A stretch of 64,000 nt of DNA from positions 2,048,001 through 2,112,000 of the forward strand of contig CAXXNF010000002.1 of the NCBI GenBank assembly GCA_963666365.2, given 5' to 3'. This DNA is from Syntrophales bacterium (GTDB lineage: Bacteria; Desulfobacterota; Syntrophia; Syntrophales; UBA2210). The notes beneath the pieces are model-generated. The model made no database searches. It saw nothing but the letters and a program-made list of their open reading frames with translations, and was not told where the DNA came from. This document shows, piece after piece, positions 48,313-58,675 of this stretch (position 1 is its first letter; each line of letters begins with the position of its first letter). A program made the translations under genes and the position numbers.

Positions 48313-49632
48313 TCAGGATTTGCGAGGAGGCTTGGAAATGAGCGTGATGGCCGCCCCGATAAGACAGGCAACACCGGCAACCACGAAGGGCGTCACCCAT
48401 ATGCCGGGATCGCCGCTTCCCTTTGCCGCATCCTTGAAATATCCGGCGATCTGGGGACCGACGACTCCTGCGATACCGTAGGAAACAAATATGAACCCAT
48501 AGTTGAGTCCCACGGTTTTGTTTCCGAAATAATCGGCGGTGATGGCCGGGAAGAGTGCAAAGTTGCCGCCGAAGTTGAATCCGATAATACAGGCGCCGAT
48601 GATCAGTGTGGCCACTGTGCCTCCCATCTTGTAAAAGATGAGCATGATGATGCCCTGAAGCAGACACATGAGAAAGATGGACATTTTACGACCGATCTTG
48701 TCCGAAACGGTCCCCCAAATGATGCGGCCAAGGCCGTTGAAGATGGCATAGAGGGCCATGGCGGTGCCGGCGGCCGCAGAAGCGGCGGCGGCGGTCATGC
48801 CGGCGGCCTTCAGGGAATCGATGCCGAAGAGCTTTATACAGTAGATCACCATCAAGCCGGCAATGGCCGAAAAGAGGAAGGTGAACCATGTCATATAAAA
48901 CTGCGGCGTCTTCATCATTTCGCCCGAGGTAAAATCGGTCATGCCAAGGGCTGATCCGCCCGGATTTGCCGCTGATGCCGGTTCCGGCGGCGTCCATCCC
49001 TCCGGGACATACCCTGCCGGCGGATCTACCATCACAATACTTCCCAGGAGTACCGCAACGAGAAATATAACGCCGTAGAGTAAAAAGACGCTCTGCACTC
49101 CGCCGAGACCGAAGAAATTCAGATTATTTATCAACCCGAACCATGAACCGGCCGATTTAACCCATATCGTTGCACCGAAGCCGAAGCCGGCCACGGCCAG
49201 TCCAGTGACCATTCCCTTCTTGTCGGGAAACCACTTGACCCCGACGGCAATCGGCACCACATAGGCCAACCCGATACCGGCACCGCCGATGATACCGATA
49301 AAAAGCAATTGCGCAAAAAACGAAGATCCGAAGAGTCCGCCCAGTATGTACCCGATACCCAGCACAATGCCGCCAAGAGAGGCGAGCTTCCTTGGACCTG
49401 TCGTTGCGAGCATCCGTCCCGATATGATCATCACGACCGAAAATACCAAAAGCCCGATTGAAAAAATCCATGCCGCCTGAGTTGCACTGAATCCATAGGT
49501 TCCACCCTCAGAAACAGCCAGAGTCAGTTTTGGTGTAAATACCGACCACGCATAGATTGCACCAAGACAAAGCTGAATGAGTATTGCGCCAATAACCACA
49601 TACCATCGATTCATAACCTTTTCCTGAGCCAT
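48313..49632 (-). CDS. OFA/SLC16-like MFS monocarboxylate transporter
   Basis: YAWSVF, KWFPDKKG..TG, N..GRI.WG.VSD.IGR, NYG. Confidence 0.88.
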   Translation of the reverse strand: MAQEKVMNRWYVVIGAILIQLCLGAIYAWSVFTPKLTLAVSEGGTYGFSATQAAWIFSIGLLVFSVVMIISGRMLATTGPRKLASLGGIVLGIGYILGGLFGSSFFAQLLFIGIIGGAGIGLAYVVPIAVGVKWFPDKKGMVTGLAVAGFGFGATIWVKSAGSWFGLINNLNFFGLGGVQSVFLLYGVIFLVAVLLGSIVMVDPPAGYVPEGWTPPEPASAANPGGSALGMTDFTSGEMMKTPQFYMTWFTFLFSAIAGLMVIYCIKLFGIDSLKAAGMTAAAASAAAGTAMALYAIFNGLGRIIWGTVSDKIGRKMSIFLMCLLQGIIMLIFYKMGGTVATLIIGACIIGFNFGGNFALFPAITADYFGNKTVGLNYGFIFVSYGIAGVVGPQIAGYFKDAAKGSGDPGIWVTPFVVAGVACLIGAAITLISKPPRKS

Positions 49633-49843
49633 GCATCCTCCTCCTTCGTAATCCTAAAAGTTGTTTACATAAATACACATTCCCAGATTTAGGACGGAAT
49701 ATCAGAATTAACCACATTTTCCAAATAAAAAAAGGAAAAATAATTACATTTGCATCGGAAAGCCTAATTTTATAGGATAGCTGCATTCGTATCCAACCGC
49801 CATACGTTCCCTATGGCCTTAACACTGTAAAAGGAGAACTCCC

Positions 49844-50605
49844 ATGCGTGTAATCGATTTATCAGCTACAATAGAAACAAGCCCCGAGGGCACACCGGAT
49901 TTTCTCAAAACGGAAATTGCCTACCACAGCCATGCCGACGGAGCGGCAAGCATTGAAGCCCTTCTTGGCGTCTCCAAGGAACTTCTCCGCCAGGGAGAGG
50001 GCTGGGCAACGGATACCATTACCTATCTCGGAACCCATTCCTCCACCCACGTGGACGCCCCCTGGCATTACAACACTCTCATTCAGGGCGAAAGGGCGCT
50101 TACTGTCGACGAACTTCCTCTTGAGTGGTTTTTCAGCGACGGGGTCAAGCTTGACATGACGGCAAAAGAGGAGGGAGACCCCGTGACGGTCGACGACATC
50201 AAGAAAGAACTTGCCCGCATCGGCTATGAGCTCAAGCCTTTGGATATCGTACTCGTCAATACGGGACGGGACATCTTTTACGGCCAGCCGGACTATATGT
50301 TTAAAGGCTGCGGGGTCACCGCTGAAGCAACCCGCTGGCTGTACGATCAGGGAATTCGGGTCATGGGAATCGATGCATGGGGCTGGGACGCGCCGCTCGA
50401 TCTCGAGGCCCGACAGGCTCTGGAAAAGGGGGAAACCGGGGTCTTCTGGGCGGCCCATCAGGCGGATATTTCTTACTCTCACATGGAGCGGCTGGTCAAT
50501 GTGAGCGGTCTTCCACCCTTCGGATTCAAGGTCTCCTGTTTTCCTCTCAAAATCAAGGGAGCAAGCGCGGGACCGGCACGAATCGTGGCAATAATTCCTG
50601 AATAA
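49844..50605 (+). CDS. Cyclase-family metal-dependent hydrolase (kynurenine formamidase fold)
   Basis: HSSTHVDAPWH, GID, E.L.N, PLKI....AGPAR. Confidence 0.88.
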   Translation: MRVIDLSATIETSPEGTPDFLKTEIAYHSHADGAASIEALLGVSKELLRQGEGWATDTITYLGTHSSTHVDAPWHYNTLIQGERALTVDELPLEWFFSDGVKLDMTAKEEGDPVTVDDIKKELARIGYELKPLDIVLVNTGRDIFYGQPDYMFKGCGVTAEATRWLYDQGIRVMGIDAWGWDAPLDLEARQALEKGETGVFWAAHQADISYSHMERLVNVSGLPPFGFKVSCFPLKIKGASAGPARIVAIIPE

Positions 50606-50619
50606 AGAGGTAACAGACA

Positions 50620-51450
50620 ATGCCCTACGAACTGATAAACGATATAAGTCTCCACTACGAGGAGGCGGGAAGCGGAGAGGCCGTCGTCTTCCTGCACGGC
50701 TATACGGGAAGTACCATGGATTGGGCGCACCAGGTTTCGCCGTTGTCGAAGGACTATCGGATTGTCGCCCTCGACTTTCGGGGACACGGAAGATCGAGCG
50801 ACCCTGAGGGAGAGCAGGATTATTCTATACCGATTTTCAGTAATGATCTGTATGAACTCCTGAAAATGCTCTCCATCGGCGCCTGCTGCCTTGTGGGCCA
50901 CTCAATGGGGGGATTTACGGCGCTCCAATTCACCCTCGATCACCCCGACATGGTCCGGGCGCTGGTGCTCGTGGATACTTCGAGCGGGGACTACGATGTG
51001 GCGCCGGGCTACGCCGATCTCAGGAAACGGCTGGATGAACTTGCCTTCGGAGAGGGTCTTGATGCCGCCTTTGAATATGATGCCGCGCACAATCCGGTGC
51101 GAATCGAACGGTTCCGGCGCCATCCGGAGCAGCGCGAAATTGCCAGGCGCAAGGTCCTGAATACCTCAGTGAACGGGTATGTCTATGTGGCGCGGTCGTT
51201 CGGCAAATGGAAGCCAGTCACTGACCGCCTGAAGGAAATTCACGCACCCACACTGATTTTCTGGGGCGAGGAAGACGCTCCCTTTCTCAGGCCAAGCCGC
51301 CTGCTCAATGAGTCCATAGAGGAATCGAAACTTGTCGTCGTCCCCGGTGCGGGACATTCGCCCCACGAAGAGGCTCCGGATCTTTTTAACAGGGAATTAC
51401 GGGCATTCATTGAACGTGTCTACGGGCCCTTCAAAAAAGAACGGCCTTGA
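50620..51450 (+). CDS. Alpha/beta-fold hydrolase
   Basis: LHG, D.RGHG.S, GHSMGG, GEED, AGH. Confidence 0.9.
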   Translation: MPYELINDISLHYEEAGSGEAVVFLHGYTGSTMDWAHQVSPLSKDYRIVALDFRGHGRSSDPEGEQDYSIPIFSNDLYELLKMLSIGACCLVGHSMGGFTALQFTLDHPDMVRALVLVDTSSGDYDVAPGYADLRKRLDELAFGEGLDAAFEYDAAHNPVRIERFRRHPEQREIARRKVLNTSVNGYVYVARSFGKWKPVTDRLKEIHAPTLIFWGEEDAPFLRPSRLLNESIEESKLVVVPGAGHSPHEEAPDLFNRELRAFIERVYGPFKKERP

Positions 51451-51464
51451 TTACACAGAGGACC

Positions 51465-51947
51465 TTATTGAAACATCGCTCTGATATAAAAGACCAGAAT
51501 CGTGCAGGTAAAGGCTACTTTCATCCCCGTGGCAATCATGATGCCCACGAACACGCCCCATCCTGCACGAAGCGCATCTTTTCCCTCCTTGTGCGAAAGA
51601 AGTTCCCCCAGAACGGCGCCCAAGAAAGCACCTATGAATACGCCGAAGGGAGGAACAAAGAAAATACCCGCCAGCATCCCCAGGGCCGCTCCCAGCACTC
51701 CCAGTTTCGATGCGCCGTATTTTCTTGCGCCGCCAACAGGAAGTACATTGTCGGCAAAGGATACAACCAGGGTGAGCACCCCCATTATCACAAGAAACTG
51801 TTCGCTGAACGGGGTCCAGTCTTTGGCGAAGGATATTACAAGAAGCGAGACGAATCCGATCACCGGTCCGGGAACTCCGGGAATAAGGCAGCCGACGATG
51901 CCGACCAGGGCAACGATAAGTCCGAGAATGCTGAGAAAAATCGTCAT
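51465..51947 (-). CDS. DUF456 membrane protein
   Basis: P.VPGP, GARKYGAS..G, GAFLGA..GE. Confidence 0.8.
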   Translation of the reverse strand: MTIFLSILGLIVALVGIVGCLIPGVPGPVIGFVSLLVISFAKDWTPFSEQFLVIMGVLTLVVSFADNVLPVGGARKYGASKLGVLGAALGMLAGIFFVPPFGVFIGAFLGAVLGELLSHKEGKDALRAGWGVFVGIMIATGMKVAFTCTILVFYIRAMFQ

Positions 51948-52286
51948 TCATACCCCTCCATGATCCGGTTGAGACTATGGTCAGCCGAGTGCATCCTCCG
52001 GCCCGTTTACTTTTTCATACCATGTGCCTTTCACGACAGGCGACATACTATACACGATATGCTTATTTCATGCACCGAGATAATACCCTTATGATATTTT
52101 CATCGAAAGAGGGCGTGAAGATTCTCTGAGATGCATCTTCCGATCATTGTCTCCGGTAAAGAGAAAAAATCGGAACGTTCTGAAAAAAATGTTGATTTTC
52201 TCTCTCTTTTCCGGTATGTCACCTTTTCACTCGGCCGATATGCCCCTCAGGGGGCATCTTCAGTAACTCTATGAAATGCCGGGATA

Positions 52287-52315
52287 TTGACAAACAGAGC
52301 TTTTTGTATAATAAT
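52287..52315 (+). promoter_or_regulatory. sigma70-type promoter of rplU
   Basis: TTGACA followed by overlapping TATAAT/AATAAT (17-nt spacing to the latter). Confidence 0.5.
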
Positions 52316-52347
52316 CACGTAACTTCATATGTAAAAGGTAATATATC

Positions 52348-52659
52348 ATGTACGCTGTCATAAAAACCGGTGGGAAGCAGTATAGAGTTTCCGTGGGGGA
52401 TGTGCTTGCATTCGAAAAAATCGAGGGCCAAAGCGGTGATACGGTTTCCTTCGACAATGTTTTGATGGTCGCCGACGATGCGGATGTCAAGGTGGGAACC
52501 CCCATTGTCGACGGAGCGAAAGTCAACGCAAAGATCGTTGCCCAGACAAAGGGACCCAAGATTACCGTTTTCAAGATGAAACGACGCAAGGGATACCGAA
52601 AGAAGACGGGGCATCGGCAGAAACTGACCAGTCTGAAAATAACGGAAATCGTCCTATAG
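52348..52659 (+). CDS. rplU: 50S ribosomal protein L21
   Basis: [18 protein letters not shown]. Confidence 0.98.
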   Translation: MYAVIKTGGKQYRVSVGDVLAFEKIEGQSGDTVSFDNVLMVADDADVKVGTPIVDGAKVNAKIVAQTKGPKITVFKMKRRKGYRKKTGHRQKLTSLKITEIVL

Positions 52660-52674
52660 GGGAGGAGTAGAGAA

Positions 52675-52929
52675 ATGGCTCATAAAAAAGGCCAAGGAAG
52701 CAGCAGAAACGGCCGCGACAGCAACGCCCAGAGGCGGGGCGTCAAGGTATACGGCGGGCAGCAGATAACCGCCGGCGCCATCATAATCCGCCAGCTCGGC
52801 ACGAGGATACATCCCGGCCTCAATGTGGGCATGGGGAAAGACTTTACCATTTATTCGAAAATCGACGGCGTGGTCAAATTTGAAAGAAAGGACAAAACCC
52901 GCAAAAAGGTAAGCGTCTATGCAAGCTGA
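52675..52929 (+). CDS. rpmA: 50S ribosomal protein L27
   Basis: [15 protein letters not shown]. Confidence 0.98.
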   Translation: MAHKKGQGSSRNGRDSNAQRRGVKVYGGQQITAGAIIIRQLGTRIHPGLNVGMGKDFTIYSKIDGVVKFERKDKTRKKVSVYAS

Positions 52930-52983
52930 GCGGGGAAGCCGAGCGCGGAGGGCATAAACCTGCCTCTTTACATTTGGGAATTT

Positions 52984-53024
52984 AAAAGGTGTTAGTAATA
53001 AGGTCAATGCTAACACCTTTTTTT
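52984..53024 (+). terminator. Terminator between rpmA and obgE
   Basis: AAAAGGTGTTAG/CTAACACCTTTT stem with T-tract. Confidence 0.65.
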
Positions 53025-53101
53025 CATTCAATGCCTTACCCCTCGGCAAGTGAAGCGACGGGATTCTGAGCAATTGAAGCACGCCAACCGGGGATGACTA
53101 C

Positions 53102-54145
53102 ATGAAGTTCGTCGATGAGGCAAAAATATACGTTAAGGCCGGAGATGGCGGCCGGGGCTGTGTCAGTTTTCGAAGGGAAAAGTTCATACCCCGGGGCGGT
53201 CCGAACGGAGGAAACGGCGGAAAAGGCGGCGATGTGATTATTCGCGCCTCCGCCGGTCACCACACATTGCTTGACCTGAAGTTCAACCAGCACCACAAGG
53301 CCGAACGGGGCAGACATGGCGAAGGGAGTGATAGAACGGGAAGGAGCGGAGATAACCTGGACATTCTCGTTCCGCGTGGCACCATTGTCAAAGACGCCGA
53401 AACCGGTGAAATCCTGGGCGACCTTACGGAAGAAGGACAGTGGGTTGTTGCGGCGAAGGGAGGAATCGGCGGCAAGGGCAACGCCCACTTTAAAAGTGCC
53501 ACACACCAGGCGCCCCGGTTCGCCCAGGACGGCATTCCCGGAGAGGAACGATGGCTCCAGTTGGAGTTGAAACTCCTTGCCGATGTGGGAATCATCGGAT
53601 TCCCCAACGTGGGAAAATCGACACTGATATCCCGCATATCAGCAGCAAAACCACGAATCGCCGATTACCCCTTCACCACGCTGACGCCAAATCTTGGCGT
53701 CGTATCCTACGGCAACGAAGAAACCTTTGTCATTGCCGACATACCCGGAATGATTGAAGGGGCCCATCTCGGCACGGGCCTGGGTATTCAATTCCTCCGC
53801 CATATCGAGCGCACCTTTCTTCTGCTTCATATTATCGATATTTCGAGGGAAGGCTGCCGAAGCGCCCTGGAGGACTATGAGACCATCATAGGGGAGCTCG
53901 AGTCATTCAGCCCCGCCATGGGAGAAAAGCCTCAAATTGTGGCACTCAATAAAATCGATATTACGGAAACCAGAGCTCAGATTGAACATACCGTCGCAGA
54001 TTTCAAGGCCCGCGGAATCACCCTGTTTCCTTTTTCTGCAGTAACGGGAGAAGGCATCAAGGCGCTGCTTGATGAAATTGTAAGGCGACTCACCGAAAGA
54101 AAGGACCTACAACGACAATGGCAGGGGAACGAAGCGACATCCTGA
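53102..54145 (+). CDS. obgE: GTPase Obg/CgtA
   Basis: FVDE...AGDGG.G..SFRREK, GFPNVGKST, YPFTTL, DIPG, NKID. Confidence 0.97.
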   Translation: MKFVDEAKIYVKAGDGGRGCVSFRREKFIPRGGPNGGNGGKGGDVIIRASAGHHTLLDLKFNQHHKAERGRHGEGSDRTGRSGDNLDILVPRGTIVKDAETGEILGDLTEEGQWVVAAKGGIGGKGNAHFKSATHQAPRFAQDGIPGEERWLQLELKLLADVGIIGFPNVGKSTLISRISAAKPRIADYPFTTLTPNLGVVSYGNEETFVIADIPGMIEGAHLGTGLGIQFLRHIERTFLLLHIIDISREGCRSALEDYETIIGELESFSPAMGEKPQIVALNKIDITETRAQIEHTVADFKARGITLFPFSAVTGEGIKALLDEIVRRLTERKDLQRQWQGNEATS

Positions 54146-55263
54146 AGAATGCCAGGAGAATTCTTGTAAAAATAGGCAGCGGCGTGCTTACCGTACCGGG
54201 AGGCATCGATCAGGGAATTATCGAACATCTTGTCGATGAAATTGCCGATCTTTCCTCCAGGGGACTTCAGTTCGTCATGGTGTCTTCCGGCGCGATTGCT
54301 TCGGGAAAAAGCAGAATCGGATTTAGCGGCAGATCACAGAGTCTTCCCCAAAAACAGGCAATGGCGGCCATCGGCCAGGGCAGCCTGATGGAAGTATATT
54401 CGAAGGCCTTCGGAAAACATGGGCTGGTCGTCGCACAGATGCTTCTTACCATGAGCGATCTCACGGATCGTCAGCGTTTTCTCAACACCCGCAATACCCT
54501 CTGCACCCTGATGGAATGGAAGGTAATCCCCATCATCAATGAAAACGACACGGTATCGGTCGATGAAATCAAGTTCGGCGACAACGACACCCTTGCCTCG
54601 ATGATGGCGAACATCATGGAAGCCAATTTGCTCGTGAATCTTACCAACACCGAAGGGCTTTATGACAGAAACCCCCGCTCGTCATCATCAAAAGCAACAC
54701 TGATCCCCCTGGTACGGGAAATCACCGATGAGATCGAAGCAGCCGCCTCATCGGAGGCCGATCCCGTCGGCATGGGCGGCATGAAAAGCAAAGTGATGGC
54801 GGCCCGCAAGGTGACCGCCTTCGGCATTCCCTGTATCATCGCACCCGGCAAAAAACCGGGTGTGCTGCATGATATTTTCGAGGGAAAAGAAACAGGAACA
54901 CTCTTTCTGCCCACAGAACAGCACATGAAGAGCAAGAAATACTGGATCGCCTTTACCCTGCGATCGCGAGGCAAGATTTATCTTGACGAAGGGGCGGTCC
55001 ATGCCATCACTGAAAAGGGGAAAAGTCTTCTCCCCTCGGGCGTCATACGGACGGAAGGCGATTTTTCAGTAGGCGATCCCGTCACCTGCGTCGACATGAA
55101 AGGAATCACCATCGCCAAGGGACTTGTCAATTACAGTGCGCCTGACGTGAACAAAATTAAGGGACTGAAGACCTCTCACATCGCGCAGGTCCTGGGGAGC
55201 AAACCCTACGACGAGATAATTCACCGGGACAACATGGCCGTGACAAAGGCGCCGCGAAAATAA
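54118..55263 (+). CDS. proB: Glutamate 5-kinase with PUA domain
   Basis: VKIGS, SSGA, NENDTV, GDND, GGM.SK, KSLLP.G, HRDN. Confidence 0.96.
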   Translation: MAGERSDILKNARRILVKIGSGVLTVPGGIDQGIIEHLVDEIADLSSRGLQFVMVSSGAIASGKSRIGFSGRSQSLPQKQAMAAIGQGSLMEVYSKAFGKHGLVVAQMLLTMSDLTDRQRFLNTRNTLCTLMEWKVIPIINENDTVSVDEIKFGDNDTLASMMANIMEANLLVNLTNTEGLYDRNPRSSSSKATLIPLVREITDEIEAAASSEADPVGMGGMKSKVMAARKVTAFGIPCIIAPGKKPGVLHDIFEGKETGTLFLPTEQHMKSKKYWIAFTLRSRGKIYLDEGAVHAITEKGKSLLPSGVIRTEGDFSVGDPVTCVDMKGITIAKGLVNYSAPDVNKIKGLKTSHIAQVLGSKPYDEIIHRDNMAVTKAPRK

Positions 55264-55286
55264 GCGACCCGCCATATGAGACGTTT

Positions 55287-56666
55287 TTAACGTTGCCCGT
55301 TGCCGGCGCGGCACGGCTCCATTCTCAGCACAAGCAGGGTAATGTCATCCGCCGGAGGAGAGCCGGCGGCAAATTGATGAACGGCCGTCAGGGTATTATC
55401 CACAATACCTCGCACCGATTCCCCCCGGGCGTCTTCCAGGACTTTCAGAAGCGCCTCTTCAGTAAAAAAGTCCTTCTGCCTGTTCGTTGCCTCGGTCACG
55501 CCGTCGGTATACAGCACCAGGGTATCCCCTTTCGCGAGATGGAGCGTCCCTTCCCCATACTCCATGTCATCCATTGCACCCAGGGGAAGGTTGGCTGTGA
55601 CCTTGAGAAATGCAACAGAACCGTCTCCCTTCATAATGACAGGCGGATTATGACCGGCATTGATGTAGGTGATCTCTCCAGCCTGAATGTCGAGCACTCC
55701 GCAAAATGCCGTGACAAACATGGAGGCATCGTTTCCCTCGCAAAGCATGGTGTTCACCCTGGACAGAATGCGCCCCAGCGCCTCATCGGCCGACTGCATT
55801 GCAGCTTTCATAAACGACCTGGTGACCGCCATGAACAGTGCGGCGGGAACGCCCTTCCCCGACACATCGCCAATCATGAAAAAAAACCTGTTATCTCCTA
55901 CAGAATAAAAATCAAAGAGGTCGCCCCCCACTTCCCTTGCCGGTTCCAGAGTCGCATAGAGCGAAAATTCCTCCCGTACCGGGACGGGAGGGAAGGTCTT
56001 GGGAACCAGACTCATCTGAATTTCCCGGGCCACAGCGAGTTCACCCTCCATCATAAGCGCGGCCTTTTCCAGCGAGCGTTCTCTCAGCAGGTTCATCATA
56101 ATGGCGCCATAGACGGCAATCCCTATGGCGTTGGCGGCAACCATTGGAATGATGACGCTTTTGACTAGTCTGACCGCTTCGTCCTTCGGTTGACTGATCA
56201 CGAGAACGATTGCCATGTGCAGAAGTTCCACGCCGATCATCAGCAGAACAGCCCGGCCGATCCCCACAAATCTGTCCCGCTTCAACAGATATACGATGCC
56301 TCCGGCAAGACCGGCCGCCACCGTTGCAACCCCGCAGCCGACTGCGGTGAAGCCTCCCTGTAAATAGCGGTGTATACCGCCGATTATACCGGCGCCCATA
56401 CCGACCAGGGGACCGCCCAGGAGGCCGGCAACGGTCGGTCCCAGATCACGGATACTGGCAATACCGCCCAGAATGCGGAAGCCGGACAGCGTGCCGTAGA
56501 TGGAAAACAATCCGAATATCAGCACCATGAGCAGCCTGTCTTTACCGGTCATATTCTTTTCCAGCACACGCTGGAAAATCTGACTGCGGGTTAAAAAATA
56601 AGCAATAACAATGATTACCGTTACGCTGTTGATGAGTGACAAGAGGGTGGATATCAATGAATGCAT
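55287..56666 (-). CDS. SpoIIE/PP2C phosphatase with N-terminal 5TM-5TMR_LYT sensor
   Basis: N-terminal FSI.GT, AGLLGGP..G..AG..GG.HR. C-terminal AREIQ, VGGD, DVSGKG..AAL, NAGH, YTDGVTE, DDIT. Confidence 0.88.
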   Translation of the reverse strand: MHSLISTLLSLINSVTVIIVIAYFLTRSQIFQRVLEKNMTGKDRLLMVLIFGLFSIYGTLSGFRILGGIASIRDLGPTVAGLLGGPLVGMGAGIIGGIHRYLQGGFTAVGCGVATVAAGLAGGIVYLLKRDRFVGIGRAVLLMIGVELLHMAIVLVISQPKDEAVRLVKSVIIPMVAANAIGIAVYGAIMMNLLRERSLEKAALMMEGELAVAREIQMSLVPKTFPPVPVREEFSLYATLEPAREVGGDLFDFYSVGDNRFFFMIGDVSGKGVPAALFMAVTRSFMKAAMQSADEALGRILSRVNTMLCEGNDASMFVTAFCGVLDIQAGEITYINAGHNPPVIMKGDGSVAFLKVTANLPLGAMDDMEYGEGTLHLAKGDTLVLYTDGVTEATNRQKDFFTEEALLKVLEDARGESVRGIVDNTLTAVHQFAAGSPPADDITLLVLRMEPCRAGNGQR

Positions 56667-56798
56667 GACCCTGTATTCTCCCATAGTATCATCAGGTTAA
56701 TAACGCACACTACTGAATTCCCCCATAGTCGCCGATCTTGGCTTAAAGGGCGCCTCGCGGTGATCCATGCTACTCACAACGTCGGTCAGAGCAGCGCA

Positions 56799-57869
56799 CT
56801 ACACCCCTTCTTTGCAGATAGCCTCGATGACCGCAAGGAAGCGGTCCATTTCCTCATCGGTACCGATGCTTACCCGCAGAAAATTGTCGATTTTGGGCTT
56901 ATTAAAATAGCGTACGAGAATCCCCTGATCCCGTAATCGCTGGAACAACGAGCGTCCTGCATATGTTCCATGGCTGATAAAGATGAAATTGGCCTCGGAA
57001 GGAATGACGTTGAACCCCATTGTTTCCAGCCCTGCCGACACACGGGCGCGGGTCTTCATGATTTTGGCTCTGGTTTCCTGAAAATACTGATCGTCTTCAA
57101 TGGCGACGCGGGCGCCGATCTGCGCCAGACGACCCACGGTATAGGAATTGATCGAGTCCTTGACCCGGGTGATGCCTTCGATCAGTTCTTCGCTGCCTAG
57201 GGCGAACCCTACCCGCAACCCGGCAAGTGAATAGGACTTGGACAGTGTCCGGATCACCAGCACATTGGAATAGCGCGGAATCAGGCCGACAGCGGACCGG
57301 CCGCCGAAGTCAATGTAGGCCTCATCAAGAATGACGGCGTTGTTCGCATTGCAGCGAAGAATCTGCTCGACAGCATCCAACGACATGCCCTTACCGGTAG
57401 GCGCGTTAGGATTGGCGATAAGTATTCCTCCGTTTTCATTGAAGTATTCCTCAACCGGCACATTGAATTCCTTGTCCACAGGAATCAACCGATAGGGAAT
57501 ATGAAAAAACTCGGCATAGACCGGATAGAAGCTGTAGGTAATTTCGGCAAAAAGCACCGGGGCGCCCGTCGGTTCAAAAAAGGCCAAAAAGGAAAAGGCC
57601 AGCAGTTCGTCGGAACCGTTGCCGACAAACACATTGCCTCTTTTGAGGCCGAAGTATGCGGCAATCGCATCCCTCAGTTCATCATTGGCGGGATCCGGGT
57701 ACAGCCGCAACGAGTCGTTGGCAGCACGCCCTATGGCCTCGAGAGCTTTCGGTGATGGAGGATAAGGATTTTCATTGGTATTGAGCTTGATGTATTTCCG
57801 ATCTTTCGGCTGCTCTCCCGGCACATAAGGGGTTATGTTTTTTACCGTTTTACTCCAGTATATGCTCAT
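56799..57869 (-). CDS. hisC: Histidinol-phosphate aminotransferase
   Basis: KLNTNENP, GNGSDE, NPNAPTG, DEAY, TLSK..SLAGLRVG. Confidence 0.93.
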   Translation of the reverse strand: MSIYWSKTVKNITPYVPGEQPKDRKYIKLNTNENPYPPSPKALEAIGRAANDSLRLYPDPANDELRDAIAAYFGLKRGNVFVGNGSDELLAFSFLAFFEPTGAPVLFAEITYSFYPVYAEFFHIPYRLIPVDKEFNVPVEEYFNENGGILIANPNAPTGKGMSLDAVEQILRCNANNAVILDEAYIDFGGRSAVGLIPRYSNVLVIRTLSKSYSLAGLRVGFALGSEELIEGITRVKDSINSYTVGRLAQIGARVAIEDDQYFQETRAKIMKTRARVSAGLETMGFNVIPSEANFIFISHGTYAGRSLFQRLRDQGILVRYFNKPKIDNFLRVSIGTDEEMDRFLAVIEAICKEGV

Positions 57870-57946
57870 AGACGCTCACCGGTCTGTTCACTTTCTTACA
57901 ATAAGTGGTTATGGGAAGCTTTTTACGAATCCGTCATGCCTGCACG

Positions 57947-58534
57947 CTACCAGAAAAAACGGCGGCTGACCGCATCGCCCGAGCCGACCTCAACCCCTTC
58001 CAGCAACAGCAAGTCCCGTTTCATATCCACCCCTCCACCGAAGTTGCCCAGGCGGCCGTCGGCCTTGACCACCCTGTGGCAGGGCAGTACAAGGGGAAAT
58101 GGATTTCTCGCCATTACAGTCCCCACCGCACGGGCAGCGCCGGGAGCGCCGGCTTTTTCGGCAAGACGGCCATAGGTCACGACGTTCCCACGTGGAATTT
58201 CAAAGGCCTTCCGCAACACCGTTCGCTGGAATTCATAGCAGCAGTCCCATTCAAGCACATCAAGGCCATAGTGCACTGCTTCACCCCTCAACGACGCTTC
58301 TATCTGATCTTTTATGATCTGCAGCGACGGATGCATCATTTCCTGCGCGCCGGGGTAGCGGGCAACAAGTTTTTCTGCCAGTGATCCATAGTTCATGGGT
58401 AGTTGAATTTCGATCAGAGACGGTTCATTGTCTCTGTAAACCCAGACAAGCGCCGGATCACCCAGGGGAGATGAAAGAATTGTAAAAAAAACGGGTGTTG
58501 CGGCATCGACGCAGCACGGACGGTTTTTTGTCAT
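57947..58534 (-). CDS. ogt: Methylated-DNA--protein-cysteine methyltransferase
   Basis: IP.G...TY, ARAVG, PCHRV. Confidence 0.92.
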   Translation of the reverse strand: MTKNRPCCVDAATPVFFTILSSPLGDPALVWVYRDNEPSLIEIQLPMNYGSLAEKLVARYPGAQEMMHPSLQIIKDQIEASLRGEAVHYGLDVLEWDCCYEFQRTVLRKAFEIPRGNVVTYGRLAEKAGAPGAARAVGTVMARNPFPLVLPCHRVVKADGRLGNFGGGVDMKRDLLLLEGVEVGSGDAVSRRFFW

Positions 58535-58675
58535 CCCGGTGTTGCTCCTTTCTCCCGCCTGTGGCCGTGACGGGATGTCGAAGTTTTAGCATGGTATCCC
58601 CGTTAACACAACGGATATCTCCCTCAACGGCCGATCATCGCTGACACCCGGTGCGGCAGCAGGGACGATTTCCCT

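Noticed and set aside
48251..48667. N-terminal extensions in the ORF track (also 16350-16607, 33805-34068, 41120-41200) suggesting fusions or frameshifts
   Set aside because: They overlap intact upstream genes in another frame. Family homology starts at the downstream ATG in each case.
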